NCBI GenBank assembly: GCA_964016885.1
Contig: OZ024760.1
Coordinates: forward strand, 22,320,001 to 22,384,000
Source of the DNA: Eledone cirrhosa
Lineage: Eukaryota
Length of the DNA stretch: 64,000 nucleotides
Direction of reading: 5' to 3'
A model generated the notes under the pieces. It had not been told where the DNA came from, did not search any database, and saw only the letters and a list, made by a program, of their open reading frames with translations. The position numbers and the translations under genes were made by a program. Positions within the stretch are counted from its first letter, which is position 1. Every line of letters starts with the position of its first letter. Shown here piece after piece: positions 13,201 to 28,259 of this stretch.

Positions 13201-13344
13201 CTATTATGTTTCTAACAGAAATTTGAATAATGTCAGTTTGTCCTGAAATATATACAGGGTTTTAAACATTTATTTTAAAGTTATATACCTCGGTCCGCGT
13301 GGACAAGTGGGTATCCCCGAGTCTCGAAGAGCGCACCTGGTATA

Positions 13345-13376
<32 letters not shown>

Positions 13377-13397
13377 AAAGGATCCTACTGTCATTGC

Positions 13398-14040
13398 CTC
13401 CATCTCTCTGTATGGTGAGCAAATGGGGTCCCATGTGCTGGCCTGCCCACAGCCCCGGCGGACAGAATGGAGAAGGCGTTTTCCAGAAGGATGGTAAGGG
13501 AGTTGCGCTGGAAGAGCCGTTCCATCTCGCGAGGCTGGCCAGCTCAGCGCCTATGGTGGTGAGTGGTGAGGTAACCCTAGGGCCAAGGGCACCAGAAGTC
13601 TCCATCTCTCTGTATGGTGAGCAAATGGGGTCCCATGTGCTGGCCTGCCCACAGCCCCGGCGGACAGAATGGAGAAGGCGTTTTCCAGAAGGATGGTAAG
13701 GGAGTTGCGCTGGAAGAGCCGTTCCATCTCGCGAGGCTGGCCAGCTCAGCGCCTATGGTGGTGAGTGGTGAGGTAACCCTAGGGCCAAGGGCACCAGAAG
13801 TCTCCATATCTCTGTATGGTGAGCAAATGGGGTCCCATGTGCTGGCCTCCGCACAGCCCCGGCGGACAGAATGGAGAAGGCGTTTTCCAGAAGGATGGTA
13901 AGGGAGTTGCGCTGGAAGAGCCGTTTCATCTCGCGAGGCTGGCCAGCTCAGCGCCTATGGTGGTGAGTGGTGAGGTAACCCTAGGGCCAAGGGCACCAGA
14001 AGTCTCCACTGCCAAGGGCACGACCGGTATTTGGAGAGTC
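13398..14040 (-). mobile_element. Triplicated 202-bp CRE-like LINE 3' end
   Basis: Units at 13398, 13600 and 13802; minus strand encodes AVETSGALGP and, in another frame, ERLFQRNSLTILLENAFSIL. Confidence 0.7.
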
Positions 14041-14164
14041 CAGTATAAACCTCAATGCAGTTATTAATAAGAAGTGTTTACATTAATGTATTCAAGATTC
14101 CACAGCTTTATCATCACTCCTTCATAATCAGCCTATGACCAATATACCAAGATACTCTCAGTTA

Positions 14165-14293
14165 CGCCCCTTTATAGTCTGAGTTCAAATCTCACCGAGG
14201 TTAACTTTGCCTTTCATCCTTACCGGGTAGATAGAATAAAGTACCAGTAATACACTGGGTAATTGCTGGCCTTGTGCCAAATGTAGAAGCAAC
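14165..14293 (+). mobile_element. SINE family A fragment
   Basis: Matches 8556-8692. Confidence 0.8.
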
Positions 14294-14304
14294 AATTATT
14301 ATTA

Positions 14305-14620
14305 TTAAACGGGCCCACTCTGAGTATGCGCCTGTAGACTGGGGAGTTGGAAAACTGAGAGAGGGCACTTGCCCTGGTGGTCAGGTTGGCCGTGATCTTT
14401 TGTGTGGTTTTCGCCATGAGTGACCCTCGGAAGCTTCCCCCTTATTGGGGAATTTTTGTTGTTTGAATTTTAATTTATTTTACACGTTTCTGTCTTTTAT
14501 AACCTTTTTACTCGGCCAAAACCCACTTTGTATCGTCCTGTGCCGTCTGTAATGTTTTTCTTCATGTTAGCCCTTGTGGCCAATAAAGAAACCATTATTA
14601 TTATTATTATTATTATTATT
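14305..14620 (+). mobile_element. LINE-like 3' end with AATAAA and (ATT)n tail
   Basis: GCCCTTGTGGCCAATAAAGAAA followed by (ATT)n; similar terminus at 1727-1746. Confidence 0.55.
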
Positions 14621-15435
14621 TTGTGGCTGTTTGGTTGTTGGAAACATTTCCTTGCAAGGGGTTGTCTAGATCAAAATATAACATGAACACAAAGACGACG
14701 ATAACAATATTTAGAAGAACACCATTCTCCTTATTACGCATAACTCTCAGCATAATCATAATTAAACGCTGAATTCCCACCATCACCAGTACCACCATCA
14801 TCACCATCATCACCATAACTACACCCTTTTCCGCTCTTATCCTCATCAACAAAACTACCCCTATTACCGCTCTCAACATCATCATCAACATCACGTACCT
14901 CAACCTCCGCTCTCATCATCATCATCATCATCATCATTATCATCAACACCACTACCATTACCATCGCCACCGCTTTCCCCATTTCCGTTCTCATCATCGT
15001 CATGGTCACCATCATCATTATAATCATCGTAAATGCTATTATGAGCTAACCCCCCCCCCCTCGTCATTTTGGTGCCATTCCACATCCAACTTCCTCATCC
15101 TGAACAACATCGACTACAGCATTCAGTGACGTCACCAATGACTTCATCAATAACGTCATTTCCAATGACATCATGCTGACAACGACACACCACTCAGTGA
15201 CAGCGTTAACCCAACACACCCACCATAATTTTGACATAATTACCGCCCCCCCCCCACACACACACATCAGCCAGCACTACTACCGCCACCAACACCACAA
15301 ATAAAAACAACGGCAACATTACCAACACCACAACCAGCATCACCAATTTATTTATCAATCTATCTATACTTCTAACTAACTCTCTAACTATCTATCTATC
15401 TATCTATCCATGTCTCTGTCTATCTGACTATCTAT

Positions 15436-15478
<43 letters not shown>

Positions 15479-16402
15479 TTATGGTATTATTTTTAAGTGC
15501 AGTGAGAGACCCTTTCGCGGGAACGAAAAGCCGGATTGATTTACGTCTTTCGTTGGCGGAATATGACGAAGAAGACACCGCAAATGGGAGGTGTCATCCT
15601 TCTGAATCAATTTCAATTCAATTAGATGCCAACGTGAATTTAAAACCAGAATTTAAAACAAAAACATACAAAAAAGAAACATTTAAACAAACACACACAA
15701 AAATATTCTAAAGGAAAATGAAAAAAAAACAAACTAAAAATAGATACTCTACTTTAAAGGAGAATTGAAACCGGATATCGGTTTCTCTGAAACGGAGAGC
15801 TCAACTCTTATCCTTTCTCTTATCTGACTTTTAAAAAGCTAAGACACAGAGCAGGAAGTAACAAAATATATAAATAAAATAAATTATAACACTGCAAAAA
15901 AAACAAAACCCAAAAAGCAATAAAAAACAATAAAAAAACAACAATAAAGGAAAAATAAGGAGAAAAAATATAAAGACCCCACCCCCTCCCTCCACCCACA
16001 AAAAAATAAAATAAAAAGTAAAGCTCCCAAAAAACAAAATAAAAATAAAATAAAAACAACAGAAACACGCAGTTCAAAAGAGCGAGAAAAAAAGTCAAAA
16101 ATGTCAGCCATGATTCACATTAAAATTTGCTGCTTCCGGTATGCTAGTAGTATGTGCATTAGAAGCTACCTGAGATGAAGATGTACTGGAAGCCAGGTTG
16201 TATGCGACATGACACTTACATGTATAACTAAATCAATCAGGTGAAAATATAAAATATTGAGGTCAGATCATGTAACGATTCCATAAAGAAATAATAAAAT
16301 AAAACACCATTTTATTATATTATATTTCTCGGTAGTATTTTAGTATTTAGTTGAGTTCAATTTTTATTTTTTATTCTTTTTCATCCCTCCCTTTCCTTCT
16401 CA

Positions 16403-16497
<95 letters not shown>

Positions 16498-16705
16498 TAT
16501 ATATACGTACTTGGATGTAAGCATATACACACATAAACATGCCAATATATGTGTGTATGTATATATATATATAATATATCTATATCTATATATATGTATA
16601 TACACACACACACACATATATATATATGTACACATATATATATATTTACGATTATACATATATGTATACACACACACATATATGCAAGTAGATATATATA
16701 CACAG

Positions 16706-16745
<40 letters not shown>

Positions 16746-16784
16746 TATATTAAACAATGGAAACTATATTTATAAAACCATATT

Positions 16785-16850
16785 TATTTCATTATACATA
16801 TTTCAAGGGCCACCAGAGCAAACTATGGTGCGCTTTCATCAGATGAAATA
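16785..16850 (-). ncRNA. Hammerhead ribozyme (PLE-like fragment ~16747-16910)
   Basis: TATTTCAT-CTGATGA-AAGCGCACCATAG..CTCTGGTGGCCCTT-GAAA-TATGTA-TA-ATGAAATA; perfect 8-bp stem I. Confidence 0.8.
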
Positions 16851-16931
16851 TAATATAGGTTAGTTTTATAAATAAATATTGACATACCCTTAAAAAATGC
16901 AACCATTCTGATTGGAATCTCCTGGATAGTC

Positions 16932-16964
<33 letters not shown>

Positions 16965-17322
16965 TGTATGTATGTATGTATGTATGTATGTATGTATGTA
17001 TGTATGTATGTATGTATGTATGTATGTATGTATGTATGTACGTACAGACATAACATTGATATGTTCATACATATACATAAATAATTATATACGTGAATAG
17101 ATTTATCTATATATACAGTTGTATGTGTGAGTGTGTGCGTATATGTGAGTGTAAATACATTATATTTTATTTTTTCTATCATATGGTGTTGATGGGTGAT
17201 AATGGTAGTATTGCGTGGTGTCGGGTAGTAAGGGGTGGCGGAGATACAGTTTTGATATAATACCCCGTCCATTTCTTTCCTTTTATACTGTTTATTTCAT
17301 AGAGCATCCTTCTTAACAAGGA

Positions 17323-17446
17323 GTCGTATTGGCAGAGTCATTAGAGCGTCAGAGAGAATGGTCTGTGTTATACGTTGGAGTCTCTGCTCATTGAGTTCAA
17401 ATCCCACAAGATATCAACTTTGCCTTTTATCCATGCTAGGTCGACA
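17323..17446 (+). mobile_element. SINE family A 5' part with tRNA-like head
   Basis: A-box-like TGGCAGAGTCATT and B-box GAGTTCAAATC, then AACTTTGCCTTTTATCC. Confidence 0.6.
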
Positions 17447-17567
17447 TACAAATATACATGCATACATATGTACATATATATATAAATATACATACATACA
17501 TAATACATGTATATACTTATATAAATACACATGCATATTTATACTTATATATTTACCTAAATATACG

Positions 17568-17601
<34 letters not shown>

Positions 17602-17621
17602 ATATATATATATATATACGC

Positions 17622-17660
17622 GATTCCTGATGATTTCTCACGAATGAAACAGTTGTAATC
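17622..17660 (+). ncRNA. HHR-like motif, family of 2607
   Basis: GATTC-CTGATGA-TTTCTCACGAAT-GAAACAGTT-GTAATC. Confidence 0.6.
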
Positions 17661-17689
17661 CTGTAGAAGCTCTTCAATTATAGATTTAC

Positions 17690-17794
17690 TTATATATTTA
17701 TATAAATACACACACACATATATATATATGTATATAAAAAAATATATATATATATACACATGCATATATATATATATATATATATACATACAAA

Positions 17795-17832
<38 letters not shown>

Positions 17833-17836
17833 CAAA

Positions 17837-17878
<42 letters not shown>

Positions 17879-17886
17879 CAAATGCA

Positions 17887-17918
<32 letters not shown>

Positions 17919-18610
17919 CATACATACAAATGCATATATATATATACACATGCATATATATATATACATATATATATATACATATATATATATACATATA
18001 TATATACCCATGCATATATATATACACATGCATATATATATATACACATGCATATATATATATACACATGCATATATATATATATACATATATATATACA
18101 CATGCATATATATATACACATGCATATATATATACACATGCATATATATATACACATGCATATATATATACACATGCATATATACACACATGCATATATA
18201 CACATGCATATATATATATATACATATATATAAATACATATATACACATGCATATATATATGTATATAAATATATATATACATGCATATATATATATATA
18301 CACATGCATATATATATTTACATATATATAAATACATGCATATATATATATATATATATACACATGCATATATATATATATACATGCATATATATATATA
18401 CATATATATAAATACATATATATATATACATATATATAAATACATGCATATATATATATATATATATATATACACATGCATATATATATATATATACATG
18501 CATATATATATATACACATGCATATATATATATATACATGCATATACATATATATACACACACGCATATATATATATACACACATGCATATATATATATA
18601 TGCATGTATA

Positions 18611-18652
<42 letters not shown>

Positions 18653-18714
18653 TGTCTATATATATATATATAAATATATTATCAAATAATTCTCTGGACA
18701 CGCTTTACTCTATC

Positions 18715-18770
<56 letters not shown>
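17690..18770. repeat. (TA)n/CACATGCA compound microsatellite
   Basis: Direct reading. Confidence 0.9.
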
Positions 18771-18778
<8 letters not shown>

Positions 18779-19123
18779 TTCCCTCAATATCTTCCTCTGT
18801 TTATGTTCTCCCACGCTGTCTTTCTATCTTCTGTTGATACATCTACTTGTCTCCACTTTCCAGACAATAAATCCTTATCTCAACCGTAAAATACAAGAGA
18901 ATGGAACAAAGACAACACAGCAGCCATTTTGAAAAAAACATTTCTCTCTTTGTCCTATATTCTCCTTTCTTCCTAGGTTTTGCTATTTGTGTAACATTTT
19001 CCTTACTCACTCCATACATACATACATACATACATACATACATCTTCGTATGTAAATATGTGTGTATATATATATATAGTCCAAGAACAGACAAGTTAAA
19101 TACAGAGAAGCAAAAACTGAAAG

Positions 19124-19155
<32 letters not shown>

Positions 19156-19160
<5 letters not shown>

Positions 19161-19343
19161 AACATGTTTAACCCCGGCGGCAGAGCTCAAGCCGTTTCGG
19201 CGGCTATTTCAGTCCAGAAATAGCCGTCGAAACGGCTCGGGCTCTGCCGTCGGGGATAAACATTTTCCTATTACCCACTCTACTACCCTAAGTATTGAGT
19301 ACTCTGGTGCGTTATCGTCCATCTGGTTCCTTACCACACCTTC

Positions 19344-19345
<2 letters not shown>
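19156..19345 (+). mobile_element. PLE-like fold-back (palindrome 19156-19271 plus tail), HHR 3' half
   Basis: Arms ~55 bp with an AGTCCA spacer; GAAACGGC..GCCGTCGGGG; tail TTACCCACTCTACTACCCTAAGTA shared with 61064. Other fragments at 3855-3910 and 48305-48360. Confidence 0.75.
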
Positions 19346-19372
<27 letters not shown>

Positions 19373-19378
<6 letters not shown>

Positions 19379-19595
19379 TAAAAAAAAAAATCAGTGATGC
19401 ATCTGGACTCAGTTTATTCCGTGTTACAATTGTATTTGCTCCGTACGAACTGCCCGTGTCCGAAGGAACCTGCAGCCGTAGAATCAGCCAGATCCATACA
19501 GTGATCATGTCTCGAGCTATCTGCCGGCGAAACAATTGTAACACGCAATAAACTGAGTCCAGATGTATCACTGATTTTTCGTTTTTTTATACTAT
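19373..19595 (+). mobile_element. PLE-like fold-back with ~60-bp arms and a degenerate long-stem-II HHR (19455-19545)
   Basis: Stem I CGTGT/ACACG; core CCGAAGG (degenerate); GAAA-CAATTG-TA. Confidence 0.6.
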
Positions 19596-19676
19596 TCACA
19601 CTCTGCTCTGTATGAATATTCAGTGCTAATTTTGGCATACCGCCTATGGAAGCACCATAGCTACCATTATACACAC

Positions 19677-19717
<41 letters not shown>

Positions 19718-19982
19718 TAACAGATTAAAGTTTAAGCAAAGAATAGTTCTACGGTTCTTATATATTTGATATATATTTATCCTTATCGAGCCCTCTTCGG
19801 ATTTTAGTCTTCACATTTATAATTATTACTATATATATATATATATATATATACTCATATACACCCTGCCTACAAACATGCACACATCTATATATATCGA
19901 AATTCAATCGCACAACCCAGGACACTAGTGGGATTGGAAAAGAATGTTAACAAGGAAAATGTGTTGACGATAACTATACTAT

Positions 19983-20014
<32 letters not shown>

Positions 20015-20053
20015 TGTATGTATGTATGTATGTATGTATGTATGTGTGTATGT

Positions 20054-20141
<88 letters not shown>

Positions 20142-20289
20142 ATGCGGCCAGACGTATAGGCTCATATTTAATAAATGTACATATATACAGACTCACTCCT
20201 AAATATACACACACATCCAAGCAAACACGTCGCCTAGATACATATATCCATGCGTTCATGTATGCACGTATACACACAGGTACACACAA

Positions 20290-21660
20290 ACACACACACA
20301 GTGCGACACACACAGAGACACTGTGCAACTCACAGTGTGTCATACACACAGGCGCGCGCACAAACACACACACACACACACACACAGTGCGACACACACA
20401 TAGACACTGTGCAACTCACAGTGTCATACACACAGGCGCGCACACACACACACACAGTGCGACACACACACAGTGCGACACACACACAGAGACACTGTGC
20501 AACTCACAGTGTCATACACACAGGCGCACACACACACACAGTGCGACACACACACAGAGACACTGTGCAACTGACAGTGTCATACACACAGGCGCACACA
20601 CACACATACACACACTGTGCAATAGACACAGACCCACACGCTGTGGAACACACAGGGGCATACACACTGTGCTACTCACACATACACAGAAGCACACACC
20701 ACACAGACAACAGACAGAGGCAGACACACACACACACACACTGTTACACACACACACAGAAGCACACACCAGACAGAGACAACCCACAGAGGCACACGCA
20801 CACACACTGTGCTACTCACACATACACAGAAGCACACATCACACAGAGACAAAACACGGAGGCACTCACACACACAGACAGAGACAGACACACACAGACA
20901 CAGACGGGCACACAGTGCTACAGACACAGCGCTACACATACACAGACACAGCACTACACACACAGAGACAGCGCTACAAACACAGACACAGCGCTACACA
21001 TACACAGACACAGCGCTACACATACACAGACACAGCGCTACACACACAGAGACACAGCGCTACACACACAGAGACACAGCGCTACACACACACACACACA
21101 CACAGACACAGCGCTACACACACACAGACACAGCGCTACACATACACAGACACAGCGCTACACACACAGAGACACAGCGCTACACACACACAGAGACACA
21201 GCGCTACACATACACAGACACAGCGCTACACACACAGAGACACAGCGCTACACATACACAGCGCTACACACACAGACACAGCGCTACACACACAGAGACA
21301 GCGCTACACATACACAGACACAGCGCTACACATACACAGACAGCGCTACACACACAAAGACACATCGCTACACACAGACACACACAATACTACACACACA
21401 CACACACACACAGTGCTACACAGACACAGCGCTACGCATAGACAGCGCTACACACAGACAGCGCTACACACATACACACAGACACAGCGCTACACAGAGA
21501 CATCGCTACACACACACAGACACACACAATGCTACACACACACACAGCGCTACACACATACAGACACAGCGCTACACACAGACACAGCGCTACACATACA
21601 CAGAGACACATCGCTACACACACACACACACACACACAGTGCTACACACACACATACACA
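20290..21660. repeat. (CA)n-derived minisatellite with GACACAGCGCTACAC units
   Basis: Direct reading. Confidence 0.9.
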
Positions 21661-22179
21661 CATTGCAACACATACACACGCTAATACAACTTTGCTAGAT
21701 TTCCACGGTTGTAATTTCCGTAACGTTCTCCATCAGATGCCATTTTAAGTAAACAGAACTAGATTTCAACAAACACTTCAGCCTCAGACCTTCTCAGCAG
21801 ACTCTGTCACAAGATTACTTCCATTCAATAGAAGATTCTTCAACGATTGCTCGCATAATACCACTCTCTCTCTCTCTCTTCTGTCTTTCTCTCACAATTA
21901 AAAAATTTACACGTGTGTGTATATATATATATATTAATAAAGTTAGTCCTTCGTCAGTGATCTTCCAACCATCATTGGTATTTCATCGCTTCAAAGAATC
22001 TCTCAATTTTCAATTCTGCATTTTCTAAGACAGATCTGACATTTAAAACCTATCAGACACTGTATTATGTGAAACAAATATTCTATTTTATCACAGACTC
22101 TCTGAGAGGAGCCGGTTTTCAAAACGATCGTAGGTACTATATGTGGTCAAAGATGTAGCAATTACCAACGAACTATTTA

Positions 22180-23345
22180 TGTATATTGGGGCTAGGAAAA
22201 GATTCAACAACAGAAATATTACCAGTCTGAGAGAGAAAAGTTTTAAAGTTGGTCTTTAAAAATCTACCAATATTAGTGGTTCAATATACTGTCAAAGGTC
22301 AACCAATTATAAATAAGATCTTTCAATACTTGTAGGCTACGATAAGATTTAACAACAGGAATCTCATCAATCTTTGAGGGAGGACTTTTAAAGCAGGTCT
22401 TAAAAAAAAAAAAAATGAAGATCGCCGATGCAATATATTGTGAAAGATCGTTCAACTATTAACAACATCTTTCAATACTTGGAGGCGACAATAAGATTCA
22501 GCAATAGAAATATTAACAATCTGAGGGAGAGAGGACATCTTAAACGAATAGAGATACAATATATTGTCAAAAGTCTACCAATTATTAACAACATCTTTCA
22601 ATACTTGGAGGCGACAATAAAATTCAGCAATAGAAATATTAACAATCTGAGGGAGAGAGGACATCTTAAACGAATAGAGATACAATATATTGTCAAAAGT
22701 CTACCAATTATAAACAGCATCTTTCAATACTTGGGAGCTAGGAAAAGATTCAACAACAAATATTACCAGACTGAGGGAGAGAGGACTTTTAAAGATGATC
22801 TTTAAACAACTACCAAGATTAGAGATACAGTCAGTGCTGGATTTAGGACAAATGAGGACCTTTACTAGGTCCTTGAAGAAGGTAAATTCATCGTAAAAAT
22901 TGTTTTTGGCAGGAAGATGACCCACCTCTTCCTGGCCAACGAGGCCATGTGCTTAAGCCCACTAAAGCATAATGGTAAATCCGGCAGAGGGTACAGTATA
23001 TTGTCAAATATCTACCAACTATAAACAAGATTTTTCAATACTTGGAGGATAGGAAATTATTCAACAATCGAAATATTAACAGTCTGAGGGAGAGAGGACA
23101 TTTAACCCTTTAGCATCTAAACCGGTCGTATCCGGCCAGAATTTTCTCACCTCTTTCTCTTCAAACGAGTCGTAATCGGCCGCTCATACCGATGTTAACG
23201 TACTATTCTTAAAATAAATAACATCAAAATCTCGTAGCTTCGATATTATGAGAGATAATTATGTAAGGTAAAGCTTTTACCGTGAAAATACAATAGTAAA
23301 TATAAAGTAATGTAAATGCTAAAGGGTTAAAGCTGGTCTTTAGAA
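22180..23345. repeat. Degenerate ~126-bp tandem repeat
   Basis: Recurrent CAATATATTGTCAAAAG...TTTCAATACTTGGAGG...CTGAGGGAGAGAGGAC. Confidence 0.8.
23106..23326. mobile_element. piggyBac-type MITE
   Basis: TTAA TSD at 23102-05 and 23327-30; TIR CCCTTTAGCAT/ATGCTAAAGGG; the host repeat unit resumes after the insertion. Confidence 0.85.
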
Positions 23346-24399
23346 TTAAATAAAAAAACTACAAGATCTTGTAGTTTTTTTATTTAATCGCACACATACA
23401 TATACAAGCACACTTACATACATATACAGATACAAGCACACGCAGATACAAGCACACGCAGTCACATACAGAACCACACTTACACTCATATATACACAGA
23501 CACTCGCACACACACACACATATATACACACACGCACATATACATACAGACACACAGAGATACAAGCACATGCACTCACACACAGTCACACTTACACCCA
23601 CGTATATACACAGACATATGCAGACACATATACAGACCCAGAAACACGTACACTCATACATATACAAACACATACAGACACACATACATATACAAACACA
23701 TACAGGCACAGAAACACATACATATACAAACACACAGAGACACGCACACATACAAACACAAACACATACAGTCACATACATATACAAACACATTCATATA
23801 CAGACACACGCACACATACATATACAAACATTCATATACAGACACACGCACACATACATATACAAACACATACATATACAGACACACGCACACATACATC
23901 TACAAACACATACAGACACACGCACACATACATATACAAACACATACATACACAGACACACACATCCATATATAAAGGCAAGCATACATCTCTATAGAGA
24001 CAGAGGTACGCCCACTGCCGAATCTCCACCCACCAACGGCTGACAGCCAGTAGAGGGCACCCTTGCTTTTGAATTAAATAGTTCCGTTATTTGAGTCTGG
24101 GGACCCGAGTTCAAACCTCAAATTTCTCCATTGTTTCAAACCCCTTCCCTTCCATTTCACCTAACCACACGTCCGTTACAGCTCCGCTCCACCCGGCTCT
24201 TCTACCCTTGTTTCCTTATTTCATACTACGACTCGTGGCCGTCATTGGACCCCCCACCCACCCACCCACCCCACGCCTCCATCTTTACCGACCGACACTG
24301 CCCGCCTCCTATGTGAGAGCTAGGTACACATATACTCACTCACCCGCCCACCCACCCAACCAACCACACTCCGTCAAAATGACGAAAAGTTTGAAATCC

Positions 24400-24722
24400 C
24401 CGCCACCAACACCACCACCACCAGATACAAAACTACCACAACTACCATCACCACCACCAACAACATCACCAACACCGCCGCCATTATCATCACCACCACA
24501 ACCACCGCCATCATCACCACCACCAAACACCGCCACCATCACCACCACCACCACCAAACACCACCATTATCGCCACTACGAACCGCCACCACCACCACCT
24601 TCACCACCACCACCATTATCACCACCACCACAACCATCATCACCACCACCAAACACCACCATTATCGCCACTACCACCACCACCACCATCACCACCACCA
24701 TCACCACCACCACCACCACCAC
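24400..24722. repeat. (CAC)n degenerate repeat
   Basis: Direct reading. Confidence 0.9.
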
Positions 24723-24839
24723 CGACAAGGACTATAATCAAACATAATAATACTATAATTACATACAGCGTATCGAGCAACGGTACGACACCTACCACGG
24801 CACACAGTCATATATATATATATGGCACCAGACACACAC

Positions 24840-24884
<45 letters not shown>

Positions 24885-24891
24885 GGTGTGT

Positions 24892-24930
<39 letters not shown>

Positions 24931-25092
24931 TGTGTGCATATATGCATATATGTGTGTGTATATATGTGTGTGTCTGTACAAATGCATATATGTGTGTGTA
25001 TATATATATATATATATGTGTCTGCACAAATGCATATGTGTGTATATATATGTGTGTATGTATATATATATATGTAATAAATAAGCATATAC

Positions 25093-25123
<31 letters not shown>

Positions 25124-25645
25124 CTCTTCACATTTATTATTACTATATATGCGTGTGTTTGTGTGTGTGCATCTGTACATATGCATATATGTGTGTGTAT
25201 ATATATGTGTGTCTGTACAAATGCATATATGTGTGTATGTATATATATATGTAATAAATAAGCATACACATATATATATATATGTAGTCTTCACATTTAT
25301 TATTACTATATGCGTGTGTCTGTCTGTGTGTGTGTCTGTGTGTCTGTCTGTGTGTGTGTCTGTGTGTGTGTCTGTGTGTGTGTCTGTGTGTGTGTCTGTG
25401 TGTGTGTCTGTGTGTGTGTCTGTGTGTGTGTCTGTGTGTGTGTCTGTGTGTGTGTCTGTGTGTGTGTGTCTGTGTGTGTGTCTGTGTGTGTGTCTGTGTG
25501 TGTGTCTGTGTGTGTGTCTGTGTGTGTGTGTGCCTGTGTGTGTGCCTGTGTGTGTGCCTGTGTGTGTGTGTGTGTGTGTCTGTGTGTGTGTCTGTGTGTG
25601 TGTGTCTGTCTGTGTGTCTGTGTGTCTGTGTGTGTGTCTGTGTGT

Positions 25646-25684
<39 letters not shown>

Positions 25685-25708
25685 TGTGTGTGTGTGTCTG
25701 TGTGTGTG

Positions 25709-25739
<31 letters not shown>

Positions 25740-26318
25740 CTCGTTGAAATTTAATGAAAGAGGAGCTGAGGTCCTATTTCTGACAATATGGATTCTCTCC
25801 CATGACAATTACTCCATACAAGTTCCCATCCATCCTAAACCACACCCCATTCTTGCTACTTCCTTTCCCACCCCTCCTAACACGCCCCTACCCTCCTAAA
25901 TCGTTCCCCAACCCTTCTAAATCGCTCATCACCCCTACTAATTCGCTCCCCACCCCACCCATGCTAAAACCGTACCCTATTCCTCCTCAATCGTCCCACC
26001 ACCCTCCTAATTCGCTCCCCACCCCAACTAAACCATACCCTACCCCACCCATGCTAAACCGTACCCTACTCCTCAATCGTTCCACCACCCTCCTAATTCG
26101 TTCCCCACCCCAACTAAACCGTTCCCCAGCCCCCTCAAAGCGTTCCACACCCATCCACACACACCACCACCATTTACACAAAGATTATTTTATATAAAAA
26201 TTCTATTTTTTCACCTCAAATTAAGCTCCTCTTGTTTCATTCGCGTAGGTCTTTGTAGTCCCTCATCTGGATTTATACTTCCTTCCACACAACCTACGTC
26301 TATCTCGGCTCCTTCCCA

Positions 26319-26363
<45 letters not shown>

Positions 26364-26456
26364 TGTGTGTGTGTGTGCGTGCGTGTGTGTGTGATGATAT
26401 AGATGTATATATACATATGTATATATAAATATGTATATATATATATATATATGCGT

Positions 26457-26655
26457 AGTGAAGGCGTGGCTGAGTGGTTAGAGAATTGGATTTGCAATCG
26501 TGAGGTTGTGAGTTCCATTCCTGGACCGGGCGATGCGTTATGTCCTTGAGCAAGACACTTTATTTCACGTTGCTCCTTCTACCTGGAATTGCAGTTGGAA
26601 AGACCAATGGAAACATTGTTACCTCGGTCCGATTTGACGAAAGTCAATCGACTCC
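26457..26655 (+). mobile_element. tRNA-derived SINE (family B)
   Basis: A-box TGGCTGAGTGG, B-box-like GAGTTCCATTCC, CORE-like GTCCTTGAGCAAGACACTTT; reverse copy at 63072-63307. Confidence 0.8.
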
Positions 26656-26963
26656 TATATATATATGTGTATGTATATATATATATGCATATGTATGTAG
26701 ATATATATGCATATGTATGCATATATATATGTGTATGCATATGTATATGTGTATGTATATATATACATATGTATGTAGATATATATGCATATGTATATAT
26801 TGGTGTATGCCAATATATACATATGCATATATATCTACATACATATGTATATGCACATATATATATATATGTATATGTATATATATATGTATATGTATAT
26901 ATATTTATATCTATCTATGTATATATATGTGTATGTATATGTATGTATATATCTCTATCTCTC

Positions 26964-27041
<78 letters not shown>

Positions 27042-27080
27042 CATATATATATATATATATATATACATATACGTACAATA

Positions 27081-27115
<35 letters not shown>

Positions 27116-27660
27116 TTGCTTGTTATTCTTATATAAGTTCAGTCTTCATTTGATAAGAAGTGAGGTCAGATTTCTGAGTGAATATTAATGCTTTGCCTTT
27201 AATAGAACTCTTTATAAGGCCTGCTCTACCACTATTTATATACAAAAACCCTCTCATCTTTCAAATCCTGTTATTACTCTCTTCCTATTTCATCGTTTTT
27301 CATTGTCTTCCTTTTACTTAAACTTCCCCATTATTTTTCTCCCTATCTATCTATGTCTATAAAGCTATCTCTTTGTGTCTATATATCTATCTCTTTGTGT
27401 CTATATATCTATCTCTTTGTGTCTATATATCTATCTCTTTGTATCGCTCTCTCTCTCTGTGTCTCATATATATATATATATAGACAAAGAGATAGATATA
27501 TAGACAAAGTCATAGATAGATATATAGACATATATCTTTCTCTGTCTCTCTCTATATATTCCTTTGTGTCTATAAATATATATCTTTCTCTGTGTCTATG
27601 TATCTATATCTCTTTGTCTATATATATCTCTCTCTCTCTATATATATATCTCTTTGTCTA

Positions 27661-27693
<33 letters not shown>

Positions 27694-27782
27694 CTCTTTG
27701 CCTATATCTCTCTATCTCTCTCTATATATATCTATATCTCTTTGTCTATATCTCTCTCTCTATATATATCTATATCTCTTTG

Positions 27783-27817
<35 letters not shown>

Positions 27818-28222
27818 GCTATATCTCTCTATCTCTGTCTATATCTCTCTCTCTCTCTCTCAATATATATATATATTTATCTATCTGTCTGACTATGTAT
27901 CTCTCTATCAATTCATATATCTATCTATCTGTCTGTCTAACTTCCTGTCTGTGTATATATATATATCGATATATATAGATCGATCTATCATTCCTATATA
28001 TATATATAGGTAAGTTATTCCGGGTTGAATCGGAGGTAACCACAGTAAGTAAGGTACTCAATATATATATATACAAATCTTTTCTCTCTCTCTCTCTATC
28101 TATATAACAATCGATCCACAGATCGATCTATCATTCCTCCCTGTGTCATGTATCACCGTATACAGAGATAAGTTCAAGATTCATTGCAAATTTATTTTTA
28201 AATTTTATTTTCACACAAACTT

Positions 28223-28259
<37 letters not shown>

